A stretch of 64,000 bases of DNA from Candidatus Roizmanbacteria bacterium UBA6242 (lineage in GTDB: Bacteria > Patescibacteriota > Microgenomatia > UBA1406 > GWC2-37-13): assembly GCA_002440905.1 (NCBI GenBank), contig DJWA01000002.1, forward strand, positions 192,065 through 256,064. The letters run 5' to 3'. The notes beneath the pieces were generated by a model. The model was not told where the DNA came from, ran no database searches, and saw nothing but the letters and a program-made list of their open reading frames with translations. A program made the position numbers and the translations under genes. Shown here piece by piece: positions 26,816 to 36,584 of the stretch; position 1 is the stretch's first letter, and each line of letters opens with the position of its first letter.

Positions 26816-27564
26816 TCGATTACAAGAGTGAGGATGAAATAGAATCAATGAGGCAGGGTGGAACGATGTTAAGAAATGTCGTTAATCAGCTTTTGCCTCT
26901 TATTAAGGAGGGAATGACGACGGAGGAGGTTGATAGGATTGCGACGGAGCTCATTAAAAATCAGGGAGGGGATATTTCCTTCAATAAGGTAAAGGGTTAC
27001 AGATGGAGTACTTGTTTATGCATAAATGAACAGGTCGTTCATACGCCGCCCTCAAAGAGAGTGCTTAAGAACGGTGACGTCTTTACGGTTGATATAGGAG
27101 TCTATTACAAAAATCTCCATACCGATTATGCTACGACGTTTGTTGTCGGGGGTAAGACTGATCCGGAAACTGAAAGGTTTTTGAAAATTGGAAAAGAAAC
27201 ATTGGAAAAAGCCATTGATCGGGCAAAATCCGGTGCAAGGATCGGCGAAATATCAAAAGTAATTCAAGACAATATCTATGGGGCTGGTTATTTTATTCTT
27301 AAAGAATTGACGGGCCATGGAGTGGGAAAAGAGCTTCATGAAGACCCATTTGTCCCGGGTTACCTGGACCGCAAGATAGAGAAGACATTAAAAATTAAGC
27401 CAGGGTTGGTAATCGCTATTGAAGTCATATACTCGAAGGGGACGGAAGAGATTGCTTATGAATCGGGGAATGATTGGTCAATAACTTCCTCGGATCTGAG
27501 TTTGACCGCCTGTTTCGAACATACGATTGCAATATCAGAAAAGGGCACAATTGTGTTGACTTGA
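26812..27564 (+). CDS. map: Type I methionine aminopeptidase
   Basis: 'VHTPP', 'GDVFTVDIG', 'HGVGKELHEDP' and 'FEHT' metal-ligand motifs. Confidence 0.95.
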   Translation: MIDYKSEDEIESMRQGGTMLRNVVNQLLPLIKEGMTTEEVDRIATELIKNQGGDISFNKVKGYRWSTCLCINEQVVHTPPSKRVLKNGDVFTVDIGVYYKNLHTDYATTFVVGGKTDPETERFLKIGKETLEKAIDRAKSGARIGEISKVIQDNIYGAGYFILKELTGHGVGKELHEDPFVPGYLDRKIEKTLKIKPGLVIAIEVIYSKGTEEIAYESGNDWSITSSDLSLTACFEHTIAISEKGTIVLT

Positions 27565-27613
27565 GTGAATTAATGGGAAAAGTGAAATTTGCTTGTATAA
27601 ATTGTCAATTTTG

Positions 27614-27622
27614 TGCTAAAAT
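27614..27622 (+). promoter_or_regulatory. Extended -10 promoter element TGcTAAAAT upstream of infA
   Basis: Read directly within the 67-nt map-infA spacer. It ends 9 nt before ATG 27632, and no good -35 box is present. Confidence 0.4.
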
Positions 27623-27631
27623 ATTAGGTTT

Positions 27632-27847
27632 ATGAAGGATAACGTAGCAATTGTTGAGGGAGAAGTGATTGAAAACCTGCCCAACACGCTTTTCAGGGTT
27701 AAATTATTTAATTCTGAGAAAGTGATTATGTGCTACCTATCGGGTAAAATGAGAAAGAATTATATAAAAATTCTTCCCGGAGATAAGGTGAGAGCAGAAA
27801 TGACACCTTATGATTTAAATCGGGGAAGGATAGTTTATAGAATTTAA
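27632..27847 (+). CDS. infA: Translation initiation factor IF-1
   Basis: '[19 protein letters not shown]...[34 protein letters not shown]'. Confidence 0.95.
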   Translation: MKDNVAIVEGEVIENLPNTLFRVKLFNSEKVIMCYLSGKMRKNYIKILPGDKVRAEMTPYDLNRGRIVYRI

Positions 27848-27849
27848 TT

Positions 27850-27963
27850 ATGAAAGTAAGATCATCGGTTAAGAAAATTTGTCCGAAGTGTAAAATGGTG
27901 AAACGAAAAGGAAAAATATATGTCGTTTGTTCAAACGTTAAACATAAACAAAAACAGGCATAA
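27850..27963 (+). CDS. rpmJ: 50S ribosomal protein L36 (37 aa; below the ORF-track cutoff)
   Basis: Hand translation gives [37 protein letters not shown]. Confidence 0.9.
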   Translation: MKVRSSVKKICPKCKMVKRKGKIYVVCSNVKHKQKQA

Positions 27964-27969
27964 AATAAT

Positions 27970-28407
27970 ATGGCAAGATTAATGGGTATAACCCTTCCGG
28001 ATGAAAAGAGAATCGATTACGCTTTGACGCTAATTTACGGCATTGGTTGGAGTAACGTCAAATTGGTATTAGATCAATCTAAGGTTGACCATTCGAAAAA
28101 GGTTAAAGATGTCACCGAAGATGAGATGAAAAAAATAATCGAAGTAATGGAGACAAACTTCAAAGTAGAAGGAGAGTTAAGGGAACTATTGACAGACAAT
28201 ATTAAGAGATTACGGGAGATTGGGAGCTACCGAGGCAATCGCCACGTTAGGGGTTTGCCGTCAAGAGGTCAAAGGACAAAGTCTAATGCTCGTACCAAGC
28301 GTGGTAAGAGAAAGACCGTAGGAGCTCTTAGAAAAGAAGCTTGGGCAAAGCTCGAATCTGGTAAAACCGCAGCTGCAGTTACTGACGCAAAAGCGGCAAA
28401 AAAATAA
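27970..28407 (+). CDS. rpsM: 30S ribosomal protein S13
   Basis: 'MARLMGITLP..KRI..ALT.IYGIG', 'YRG.RH..GLP.RGQRTK.NART.'. Confidence 0.95.
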   Translation: MARLMGITLPDEKRIDYALTLIYGIGWSNVKLVLDQSKVDHSKKVKDVTEDEMKKIIEVMETNFKVEGELRELLTDNIKRLREIGSYRGNRHVRGLPSRGQRTKSNARTKRGKRKTVGALRKEAWAKLESGKTAAAVTDAKAAKK

Positions 28408-28423
28408 TTAATTAAACAAAACC

Positions 28424-28798
28424 ATGGCAAAACAAAAAACACAAAAAGTAGTTGAAAAAGGAAGAATTTATATCACCGCAACTTTCAATAATACGATGGT
28501 GACGGTTGCCGACGAAAAAGGCAATCCAGTCGTTGTTGGATCAACCGGAATGCACGGATTTACAGGTACGAGAAAATCAACCCCACACGCCGCAACAGTA
28601 ACCACAGAGGCTGTCTTAAAGAAAGCGACCGAACAATATTCCTTTAGAGTAGCCGACATCTTCATAAAAGGCATCGGTCCTGGACGGGAAGCATCATTGA
28701 GGGCAATTAAAGCCTCGCGCGTCGAGATAAATCGCATTATTGACATTACGCCTGTTCCCCACAATGGAGTCAGGCCGCCAAAAATTAGGAGAGTATAA
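28424..28798 (+). CDS. rpsK: 30S ribosomal protein S11
   Basis: 'GRIYITATFNNT.VTV.D..GN', 'GPGREAS.RA' and 'I.DITP.PHNG.RPPK.RR'. Confidence 0.96.
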   Translation: MAKQKTQKVVEKGRIYITATFNNTMVTVADEKGNPVVVGSTGMHGFTGTRKSTPHAATVTTEAVLKKATEQYSFRVADIFIKGIGPGREASLRAIKASRVEINRIIDITPVPHNGVRPPKIRRV

Positions 28799-28801
28799 AA
28801 T

Positions 28802-29422
28802 ATGAGATACACTGGACCAAAAAATAGAATTGCTAGGCGCGAAGGAATTGATCTCGGACTAAAAACGCCGGGCTCTAAATCCCATGCCCGACTTTTGAAG
28901 AAGCTAAATGTTTTGCCAGGTCAGCACGGAACTCGCGGTCGCCGCAAAGTTTCAGAGCGTGGTATCCAATTAAGGGAAAAACAGAAGCTTCGTTTCATGT
29001 TCGGACTTACGGAAAAACAACTGAAGAATTATTTTGGAAAAGCTCGTGAGAAAAAAGGAAACACAGCTCTTCATCTTTCCCAATATTTGGAAAAAAGACT
29101 AGACAATGTAGTTTTCAGGTTGGGGTTGGCACCGACACGCGCTGCCTCCAGACAACTAATTAATCATGGACACGTTTCTGTTAACGACAAGAAGGTCAGA
29201 GTGGCATCGTACCAACTTAGGGTTGGGGACAAGGTGACCTTTATAAAAGATAAGTCAGCAAAAATTCCCTATATAAAAGCAGCTCTTGAGAATAAAGATT
29301 TAATGATCCCATCATGGGTTGAGAAGAAAGCTATTGTCGGTCGTCTAGCAGCCGAACCGACGCTCGATGAAATCGCCAAACAGATAAATTTGAGATTAAT
29401 AATTGAATATTATTCTCGATAA
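28802..29422 (+). CDS. rpsD: 30S ribosomal protein S4
   Basis: 'MRYTGPK.R..RREG.DL', 'LE.RLDNVVFRLG.A.TR..ARQLI.HGH..VN'. Confidence 0.96.
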   Translation: MRYTGPKNRIARREGIDLGLKTPGSKSHARLLKKLNVLPGQHGTRGRRKVSERGIQLREKQKLRFMFGLTEKQLKNYFGKAREKKGNTALHLSQYLEKRLDNVVFRLGLAPTRAASRQLINHGHVSVNDKKVRVASYQLRVGDKVTFIKDKSAKIPYIKAALENKDLMIPSWVEKKAIVGRLAAEPTLDEIAKQINLRLIIEYYSR

Positions 29423-29442
29423 TTAACAGTTTCAATTTTATT

Positions 29443-30366
29443 ATGATTAATCCTAATTTCACGACTGTAAAGTTGGAAGAAGGCAATTACGGTAAATTCG
29501 TATTGGAACCTCTTCCACAAGGATTTGGTTCAAGCTTGGGCCATGCCTTGAGAAGGACGCTCTTGTCGTCATTGAAAGGCGCTGCCGTTACCAATGTTAA
29601 GGTTGACGGGGCTCCCCACTTGTTTACGACCATTCCAGGCGTTAAAGAATCGGTTCTTGACATTGTCTTGAACCTCAAGCAGTTGAAATTTAACGTCACC
29701 GAAGGTGGGCCGTTTAAGATAAAGATCAATGTCAAAGGTGCCAAGAAAGTTACCGCAGCAGATATTGAAGGTGAGGTCGATCCTATAAATCGCGACCTTT
29801 ACATCGGAGAAGTCTCAGACGATAAGGGTAAGTTAAATATTGAAGCGACTGTTGAGGTTGGATATGGGTATTCAGCCGTTGACGAGCGCGAGAAAAAGGA
29901 ATTTGGATTCATTCCGGTCGACGCTTTCTTTTCACCCATTGAAAAAGTCAACATTAAGGTTGAGGAAGCTCGCGTAGGAAGAAAAGCGAACTTCGATAAA
30001 TTGACTGTGGAAGTTTGGACCGATGGATCAGTCACTCCTAATGATGCTTTGAGAAATGCTACAACACTTTTGTCGTCATATTTCTCATATATCCTTTCAG
30101 GATCTGATGCACCTGTTGAGTCGACAGCCGCATCGGTTGAAGAAGAGAAGAAAGAAGTCATCGATAAGAAACTTTTCGAAATTATTATTGATGAATTGAA
30201 TCTTCCAAGCAGGGTTATCAACGCCTTACTTAGAGAGAAGATTGAAACAGTTGCCGACCTTATTAAGGCTGGACGGGGAAAACTTGCGGAAATGAAAGGT
30301 GTCGGAAAGAAATCAATTCAATTGATTGAAGAAGAGTTAAAAAAAATGGATATTTCTCTTGACTAA
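29443..30366 (+). CDS. rpoA: DNA-directed RNA polymerase alpha subunit
   Basis: 'G.F.LEPL..GFG.SLG.ALRR.LLSS' and the C-terminal domain 'L.LP.RV.NAL....I.TV.DL'. Confidence 0.95.
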   Translation: MINPNFTTVKLEEGNYGKFVLEPLPQGFGSSLGHALRRTLLSSLKGAAVTNVKVDGAPHLFTTIPGVKESVLDIVLNLKQLKFNVTEGGPFKIKINVKGAKKVTAADIEGEVDPINRDLYIGEVSDDKGKLNIEATVEVGYGYSAVDEREKKEFGFIPVDAFFSPIEKVNIKVEEARVGRKANFDKLTVEVWTDGSVTPNDALRNATTLLSSYFSYILSGSDAPVESTAASVEEEKKEVIDKKLFEIIIDELNLPSRVINALLREKIETVADLIKAGRGKLAEMKGVGKKSIQLIEEELKKMDISLD

Positions 30367-30368
30367 TT

Positions 30369-30830
30369 ATGAGGCACGGATTTAAGAAAGCAAAATTTGC
30401 CGCAGGTTATGACGCAGACCGCATGCTTATGCGTAAGCTGATGTTTAATTTTTTTACAAACGGCAAGTTGACGACGACCTTTTCTAAAATAAAGGCTTTA
30501 AGACCTGAGATAGAAAAAGCCGTCACAAAGATAAAAAAGGGAACGGAAGCGGATAAAAACAACCTTTTGAAAAGGTTCGGCAGCAACTACAAGATGTTGT
30601 CGGAGGTTTTCAAGGAAGTCTCAACCCAGTTATCAAAAGTCCAAAGCGGATACACCAAGATAATCAAATTGGGGGACCGTGAAAGTGACGGAGCTAAGTC
30701 GGCGACTCTTGTTTGGGCATATCCGGTTGTTTTGCCGGGTAAGAAAAAAGATACCTCTAAAAAGTCCGCTCCTAAGTTAGATAAGAAAGAGAGTAAAGAA
30801 GTTGTTAAAAAGGAAGTTAAGGATAAATAA
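30369..30830 (+). CDS. rplQ: 50S ribosomal protein L17 with a Lys-rich C-terminal extension
   Basis: 'MRHGFKKAKF', 'GYTKIIKLG.R.SDGA' and operon position. Confidence 0.9.
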   Translation: MRHGFKKAKFAAGYDADRMLMRKLMFNFFTNGKLTTTFSKIKALRPEIEKAVTKIKKGTEADKNNLLKRFGSNYKMLSEVFKEVSTQLSKVQSGYTKIIKLGDRESDGAKSATLVWAYPVVLPGKKKDTSKKSAPKLDKKESKEVVKKEVKDK

Positions 30831-30832
30831 TT

Positions 30833-31261
30833 ATGAAAACAACAGCCACCACAAAGTCGCTTAAGGAAAAAAACATTCAAAGGAACTGGCACAAAATTGA
30901 TGTCAAGGGAAAGGTCCTTGGACGGATCGCTCCTGAGATCGCCAAATACCTTCAGGGAAAACACAAAAGGGATTATGCTCCTTATCTTGATTGTGGCGAC
31001 TACGTTGTTGTCATAAATGCCTCGGAGGTCGTTTTAACAGGACGAAAAGCCGGTTCGAAGACTTATACTCGCTATTCAGGTTATCCGGGAGGGTTGAGAG
31101 TCGATAAGTTCGCTGATCTTTTGGTCAAGAATCCAACCAGAATAATCGAGAATGCTGTTTCCGGAATGCTTCCCAAAAACAAGTTCAGAACAGATAGGCT
31201 TAGAAGAATGTTTGTTTCTAAAGACGAAAATCATAAATTTAATGACAAATTTTCTAAATAA
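30833..31261 (+). CDS. rplM: 50S ribosomal protein L13
   Basis: 'W..IDVKGKVLGRIA..IAKYL.GKHK..Y.P..D.GD.VVVINA' and 'YSGYPGG'. Confidence 0.95.
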   Translation: MKTTATTKSLKEKNIQRNWHKIDVKGKVLGRIAPEIAKYLQGKHKRDYAPYLDCGDYVVVINASEVVLTGRKAGSKTYTRYSGYPGGLRVDKFADLLVKNPTRIIENAVSGMLPKNKFRTDRLRRMFVSKDENHKFNDKFSK

Positions 31262-31266
31262 TCAAT

Positions 31267-31731
31267 ATGGCAAAAGCAGCAAAGAAAACAAAAGACGTTC
31301 AGTATTACGAAGCCGTAGGTCGCCGAAAATTATCGGTAGCCAGAGTAAGGCTTTATATCACCGGCAAGGATAAAACTGCCACAGTCGCAGGTGTAAAGGT
31401 CAAAGAGGGAGAGGTCTATCTTAATGAGAAGCCGTTGGCAAAATCTGTTGCCCTAGCATATGATCGCGAATTCATGCTGCAGCCCTTGAAATTGACCGGA
31501 AACGAGAATAGATTCGCCGTTTCAATTAGAGTACGCGGTGGAGGACCTAACGGCCAACTTGAAGCCATTAGCCACGGATTGGCAAGGGCCCTTGATATCG
31601 TTGACAGCGCCCAGTACAGGGCAACTCTTAAGGATGCCGGACTTCTGACGAGAGATCCAAGAACACGCGAAAGAAGAAAAGTAGGTACGGGCGGTAAAGC
31701 AAGAAGAGTCAAGCAGTCGCCAAAGAGGTAA
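31267..31731 (+). CDS. rpsI: 30S ribosomal protein S9
   Basis: 'GRRK.SVARV.L', 'V.GGG..GQ..A..HG.ARAL', 'LTRD.R..ERKK.G...AR...Q.SKR'. Confidence 0.95.
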   Translation: MAKAAKKTKDVQYYEAVGRRKLSVARVRLYITGKDKTATVAGVKVKEGEVYLNEKPLAKSVALAYDREFMLQPLKLTGNENRFAVSIRVRGGGPNGQLEAISHGLARALDIVDSAQYRATLKDAGLLTRDPRTRERRKVGTGGKARRVKQSPKR

Positions 31732-31748
31732 TTTGTAAGCTTTTTATT

Positions 31749-32630
31749 ATGCAGCTTTCAATCATAATTGTCTCCTTTAATACCCTCGACATAACACTTA
31801 AGTGCCTCAGAAATTTAAGGAAAAATTTTGTTAAATATCCTTTAAAGTACGAAGTCATCGTCGTCGACAACGGTTCAGTCGACGGATCACCTAAAGCACT
31901 TATTGATCTGAAAAAAGACTGGTCGAATCTCAAAGTTATTCTCTCGAAGAAAAACTTAGGGTACGGTAAAGCAAACAATAAAGGCACCGATGTCGCCCGG
32001 GGGAAATACGTACTCTATCTTAATTCAGACGCGATCGTTACCGATATAAACTTCAGCGATCTTATTGGTTTTTTCAACAGGAAAAAAGATTTAGGAGCTT
32101 TAACCGTCAAGGTAATGTTGACAAACGGTGAAATCGATCCCGCATCGCATCGCGGTTTCCCGACACCCTGGGCATCTCTCACTTATTTTCTTGGACTTGA
32201 AAAAGTTTTTTTCAAGGTCCCTTTCTTAAACAAGATGTTCGGCCAATATCACCAGGTACATTTGGACCTGGGTACGATCCACGAAATAGACGTTCCTACA
32301 GGAGCATTTCTTATGGTCAGAGCCAATATAATTAAGGAAATTAAAGGTTTTGATAGAGATTATTTCGCGTATGGGGAGGATGTTGAAATGGCCTTCAGGA
32401 TAAAAGAATTGGGTTATAAAATTCTTTATTACCCTTTGTGGAAAGTTCTCCATCTTAAATCTGTTTCGGGTTTGAAAAAAAAGGATAACAATATAAGGTC
32501 AAAAACAAGATTCCATTTTTACAATTCGATGAAGATTTTTTACCGCAAGCACTATGAGAAAAAATACCCCTGGATATTCAATCAATTAATTTATTGGGCA
32601 ATAGATTTAAAAAGAACTTTTTCCTCATGA
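31749..32630 (+). CDS. Family 2 glycosyltransferase
   Basis: 'LSIIIVSFNTLD', 'VVDNGSVDGS', 'LNSDA' and 'EDVEMAFR'. Confidence 0.8.
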   Translation: MQLSIIIVSFNTLDITLKCLRNLRKNFVKYPLKYEVIVVDNGSVDGSPKALIDLKKDWSNLKVILSKKNLGYGKANNKGTDVARGKYVLYLNSDAIVTDINFSDLIGFFNRKKDLGALTVKVMLTNGEIDPASHRGFPTPWASLTYFLGLEKVFFKVPFLNKMFGQYHQVHLDLGTIHEIDVPTGAFLMVRANIIKEIKGFDRDYFAYGEDVEMAFRIKELGYKILYYPLWKVLHLKSVSGLKKKDNNIRSKTRFHFYNSMKIFYRKHYEKKYPWIFNQLIYWAIDLKRTFSS

Positions 32631-33712
32631 AAAAAATCGGCATAGACGCCAGGTTATATTCACAAACGGGTGTAGGTACTTACTTAAAAAACCTTCTCTA
32701 TCACCTAGACAAGACGCAGATCTCCGATACAGTTTTTTATGTCTACTTAATAGAGAATGACTTTAATAAGGTTGACTTCATAAGTAAAAAGATGGTCAAA
32801 AAAAAGGCCGACTACCGTTGGCATTCGTTGTCCGAGCAGACGCGTTTCCTTATCGATCTTTTTGCCGACGGACTAGACCTGATGCATTTTACATATTTCA
32901 GCTATCCGGTGCTTTATACAAAAAAATTTGTGGCAACCGTTCACGACGCCACACCCCTTTTATATCGAACCGGCAGGGCTTCAACAAAAAATCCGATCGT
33001 TTATGCGATCAAGCACTTCTTTTTCAGACTAATACTTAGAACCCAGGTATCAATGTCAAGTAGGATAATCACACCAACTCATGCTGTAAAAAAAGAACTT
33101 GTGAGCATATACGGGAAGCAAATAGGTCGTAAAATTATGCCCATTCATGAAGGTGTCAGTCACTCCATAGTAAATGGTACAACGAATCCGAAAATGAAAA
33201 ACAGGTTTGGTAAGTTTTTCCTTTACGTTGGCAATTTCTATCCCCATAAAAATGTCGATAACTTGGTTGCGGGATTCAAAATGACCAAGTCGGATAGGCG
33301 ACTACTGCTTGTTGGTCCGGACGATTATTTTACCTCTAGGCTTATGAGGAATCTTCAAAAACAAGACAAAGTAGTAATCGTCAAAAATCCAACTGTTAAA
33401 GATCTAATTTTCTATTACAAAAACGCCGATGCTCTCGTACACCCGTCGTATTCCGAAGGGTTTGGGTTGCCTATTGTCGAAGCGGCATATTTCAATTGTC
33501 CGGTAATCGCATCAGACATTCCGGTATTCAGAGAGCTTCTAGGCGATAATTATCTTTCTTTTGATCCTCGTGATAAAAACGATATTGCCTTGAAGCTGTC
33601 AAACTTTATGAAACATAAGCCAACCTTTAGATATAATGGAATTACGGATAAGTTTTCATTCAAAAAAATGGCCGATAAGACCCTAAAAATTTATAGGGAG
33701 TCGATGGCATGA
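32627..33712 (+). CDS. Family 4 (GT-B) glycosyltransferase
   Basis: Start at MKKIGIDAR through an ATGA overlap. The 'PSYSEGFGLPIVEAAYFNCPVIASD' EX7E motif is present. Confidence 0.8.
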   Translation: MKKIGIDARLYSQTGVGTYLKNLLYHLDKTQISDTVFYVYLIENDFNKVDFISKKMVKKKADYRWHSLSEQTRFLIDLFADGLDLMHFTYFSYPVLYTKKFVATVHDATPLLYRTGRASTKNPIVYAIKHFFFRLILRTQVSMSSRIITPTHAVKKELVSIYGKQIGRKIMPIHEGVSHSIVNGTTNPKMKNRFGKFFLYVGNFYPHKNVDNLVAGFKMTKSDRRLLLVGPDDYFTSRLMRNLQKQDKVVIVKNPTVKDLIFYYKNADALVHPSYSEGFGLPIVEAAYFNCPVIASDIPVFRELLGDNYLSFDPRDKNDIALKLSNFMKHKPTFRYNGITDKFSFKKMADKTLKIYRESMA

Positions 33713-34812
33713 TAAAAGAAAAGAAAGTTGCCATCGTTTACGATTGGCTGGACAAATGGGGAGGAGTTGAAAGGGTACTCTTGACGTTACATGAGATGTT
33801 TCCCGAAGCGGTTTTCTTTACTTCGGTTTATGATAAGAGTAGGGCTCCGTGGACAAAAGACATGCGTGTTGAAACTTCATTTATGCAAGGATTGCCGCGT
33901 TTTATCAAAGAAAATAGGATATTGTCACTACCATTTTACGGACCGGCATTTGAATCCCTCAATTTGAGCGAATACGACTTGGTTATTTCTGTCACTTCAA
34001 GCTTTGCCAAAGCGATCGTTACCAAACCAGGTACTTTTCACATATGTTATCTTTTAACACCCAGTCGGTTTTTATGGAGCCACCAGAGGAAGTATTTCAA
34101 AAAAAATTACCTGAACGGGTTAGTCCTTAACTATTTACGGAATTGGGATAAGGTCGCCGCCCATCGACCCGACAGAATTTTGTCGATATCAGAAACCGTA
34201 AAGAAAAGGTGCCTCAAGTACTACGGAATTAAAGCTCCGGTAGTTTACCCGCCTTTTGACGTCGAATATTGGAAGTCCATTAAAGCAGGGATTAATAATT
34301 CTCACAAGCTGATTAAGTCCGGGTATTTCTTGGTAGTCTCAAGGCTCGAATCTTATAAAAATGTCGATATAGTCCTTAGGGCGTTTCGTAGATTAAAAGA
34401 CCGCCTGATTATTATCGGTGAGGGAACAATGAGTGAAGAGTTAAAAAGTATGGGCGGCAAAAATGTCAGCTTCCTTTCAAAAGTCAGCGATAGTCAGCTC
34501 GGATATCTATATAAAAACAGCCGAGCATTAATAATGCCTCAGGAGGAGGATTTCGGATACGTATCTCTTGAGGCGCAGTTTTTTGGTACGCCAGTAATTT
34601 CCCATAAAAAGGGCGGAGCTACGGAGACCGTTATCGAGGGAAAGACCGGGATTTTTTTCGACAGTCAGTCAGAAAAGCTATTGCGACAAGCGATTGCAAG
34701 ATTCAAAAGGATCGAGTACAATTTAAAGACGAACGCGAAGCTAATAGGTCCGAAGACGGTTTTGAGGTTTGGAAAAAATAAGTTTATGGAAGAATTAAAA
34801 AAGAATTTATGA
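33709..34812 (+). CDS. Family 4 (GT-B) glycosyltransferase
   Basis: 'VAIVYDWLDKWGGVERV' and 'EDFGYVSLEAQFFGTPVIS.KKGGATETV'. Confidence 0.8.
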   Translation: MIKEKKVAIVYDWLDKWGGVERVLLTLHEMFPEAVFFTSVYDKSRAPWTKDMRVETSFMQGLPRFIKENRILSLPFYGPAFESLNLSEYDLVISVTSSFAKAIVTKPGTFHICYLLTPSRFLWSHQRKYFKKNYLNGLVLNYLRNWDKVAAHRPDRILSISETVKKRCLKYYGIKAPVVYPPFDVEYWKSIKAGINNSHKLIKSGYFLVVSRLESYKNVDIVLRAFRRLKDRLIIIGEGTMSEELKSMGGKNVSFLSKVSDSQLGYLYKNSRALIMPQEEDFGYVSLEAQFFGTPVISHKKGGATETVIEGKTGIFFDSQSEKLLRQAIARFKRIEYNLKTNAKLIGPKTVLRFGKNKFMEELKKNL

Positions 34813-35894
34813 AAGCAATCATATTTGCAGGCGGTACCGGCACAAGACTTTGGCCACTATCCCGCAAAAAGTCTCCGAAACAATTTGAAAAACTAATCGG
34901 GGAAAGGTCAACTCTTCAACTTGCCGTAGATCGCCTTTTACCGGATTTTAAACACAAAGATATTTACATCTCGACAAACCTTGCCTACAGAAACATTATA
35001 AGAAAACAACTTCCGCAGATACCCGAAAAAAACCTTTTTTTTGAACCCGAAAAAAAGGACGTCGCTCCGGCGATTGCTCTTTCCATAGGGATTCTTAATC
35101 GTGAGAATCCAGACGAGCCGATTGCGATTCTATGGAGCGACCACTTGGTCAAGCAAGTTAATCTTTTTAAAAAGATTATCAAGGCATCGGCAGAAGCCAT
35201 TAAGAAAGATCCGGATAAAATCATATTCATAACCCACAAGCCGAGATTTGCCAGTATCAACCTTGGATACATCCAATTTGGTCGAGAGGTTGGCAAATCA
35301 TCAGGGATCCCTTTTAACGAATTCAAGGGCATGAAATACCGACCCGACGAAAAGACAGCTAAAAGATTCTATAATTCGGGTAAGTATGCCTGGAATCTAG
35401 GTTATTTTGTGACTACCCCAAGGTTTATATATAATGCTTTCAAAACTCTGGCTCCTGGCATTTACAAAAATACCGAGACTATTCTTAGCAGGTATGGCAA
35501 GAAGGACTATATTGAACACCTTAAAAAAACTTACGGTAAAGCTGAAAGCATTAGTTTCGACAATGCCATACTTGAAAACCTAGATAAAAGCCAGGCATTG
35601 GTCGTGGTGGAAGATATAGGTTGGAGTGACGTGGGAAGTTGGGAAGCACTCAAAGAAGCGCTACAGATGAGTACCTACGAAAACGCCACTAGGGGAAGGC
35701 TTTATCTTGATCATGTTAAGGATTCACTCATTTACAATTACGACGACCGAAAGCTCATTGTCGGGGTAGATCTTGACGAACACATAATCGTCAATACTGA
35801 AGACGTTATTTTAATCGCCAAAAAAAACTCCATGCCCAAAGTTAAAAAATTGGTCGAAGGCTTCAACGGCACCAAGAACGAAGATCTTACATAA
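34809..35894 (+). CDS. Mannose-1-phosphate guanylyltransferase-type nucleotidyltransferase
   Basis: 'AIIFAGGTGTRLWPLSRKKSPKQF', 'GYIQFG' and 'WSDVGSWEAL'. Confidence 0.8.
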   Translation: MKAIIFAGGTGTRLWPLSRKKSPKQFEKLIGERSTLQLAVDRLLPDFKHKDIYISTNLAYRNIIRKQLPQIPEKNLFFEPEKKDVAPAIALSIGILNRENPDEPIAILWSDHLVKQVNLFKKIIKASAEAIKKDPDKIIFITHKPRFASINLGYIQFGREVGKSSGIPFNEFKGMKYRPDEKTAKRFYNSGKYAWNLGYFVTTPRFIYNAFKTLAPGIYKNTETILSRYGKKDYIEHLKKTYGKAESISFDNAILENLDKSQALVVVEDIGWSDVGSWEALKEALQMSTYENATRGRLYLDHVKDSLIYNYDDRKLIVGVDLDEHIIVNTEDVILIAKKNSMPKVKKLVEGFNGTKNEDLT

Positions 35895-35896
35895 TT

Positions 35897-36559
35897 ATGG
35901 CGAACATACTGGAAGGGACTCTTTACCAAAAGAAGTTGAAAAGAGTGATAGATGTTGTTGGGTCAATAATTCTTTTTGTGCTCTTTATGCCTATTTCCAT
36001 TTTAGCGGCGATTATGATAAAGCTTGATTCCAAGGGAGTAGTTTTTGCGGATGTACCTGAGAGAATTGGCGAAAAGGGGACAACATTTAAAATGTATAAG
36101 TTTAGATCAATGATCACCAACGCTCATTTTCTCCTAAGGACCGATCCAAGATTCAAAGAACTATTGGCAGAATACAAAAGAGGTAGCTATAAGCTAAAAA
36201 ATGATCCGCGGGTAACTAGAGTTGGGAAATTCATTAGAAAGCACTCAATTGACGAAATTCCTCAGATAATAAACGTATTTAAAGGGGAAATGAGTTTAGT
36301 TGGGCCGAGAGCTTATTATCCGGATGAGCTTGATAATCAGCTAAAAAAATATCCCCATACAAAGAAACTAGTGAAAAAAGTACTATCAGTTAAACCGGGC
36401 ATAACTGGTCTTTGGCAAGTCACTGGAAGAAGCGAAATAAACTTTGATAAAAGGATTGCGATTGATGCCAAATATGTCGACAAAATCTCTTTCTGGGGCG
36501 ATATAAAGATAATTCTTAAGACTCCAATTGTCATGCTTAACGGCCGTGGCGCCGTTTGA
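35897..36559 (+). CDS. Undecaprenyl-phosphate sugar phosphotransferase (bacterial sugar transferase, WbaP/EpsL-like short form)
   Basis: 'KFRSM', 'DPRVTRVGKFIRKHSIDEIPQIINVFKGEMSLVGPRA' and 'PGITGLWQV'. Confidence 0.9.
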   Translation: MANILEGTLYQKKLKRVIDVVGSIILFVLFMPISILAAIMIKLDSKGVVFADVPERIGEKGTTFKMYKFRSMITNAHFLLRTDPRFKELLAEYKRGSYKLKNDPRVTRVGKFIRKHSIDEIPQIINVFKGEMSLVGPRAYYPDELDNQLKKYPHTKKLVKKVLSVKPGITGLWQVTGRSEINFDKRIAIDAKYVDKISFWGDIKIILKTPIVMLNGRGAV

Positions 36560-36584
36560 AAAATCAGTTTGATATAATGAAAGA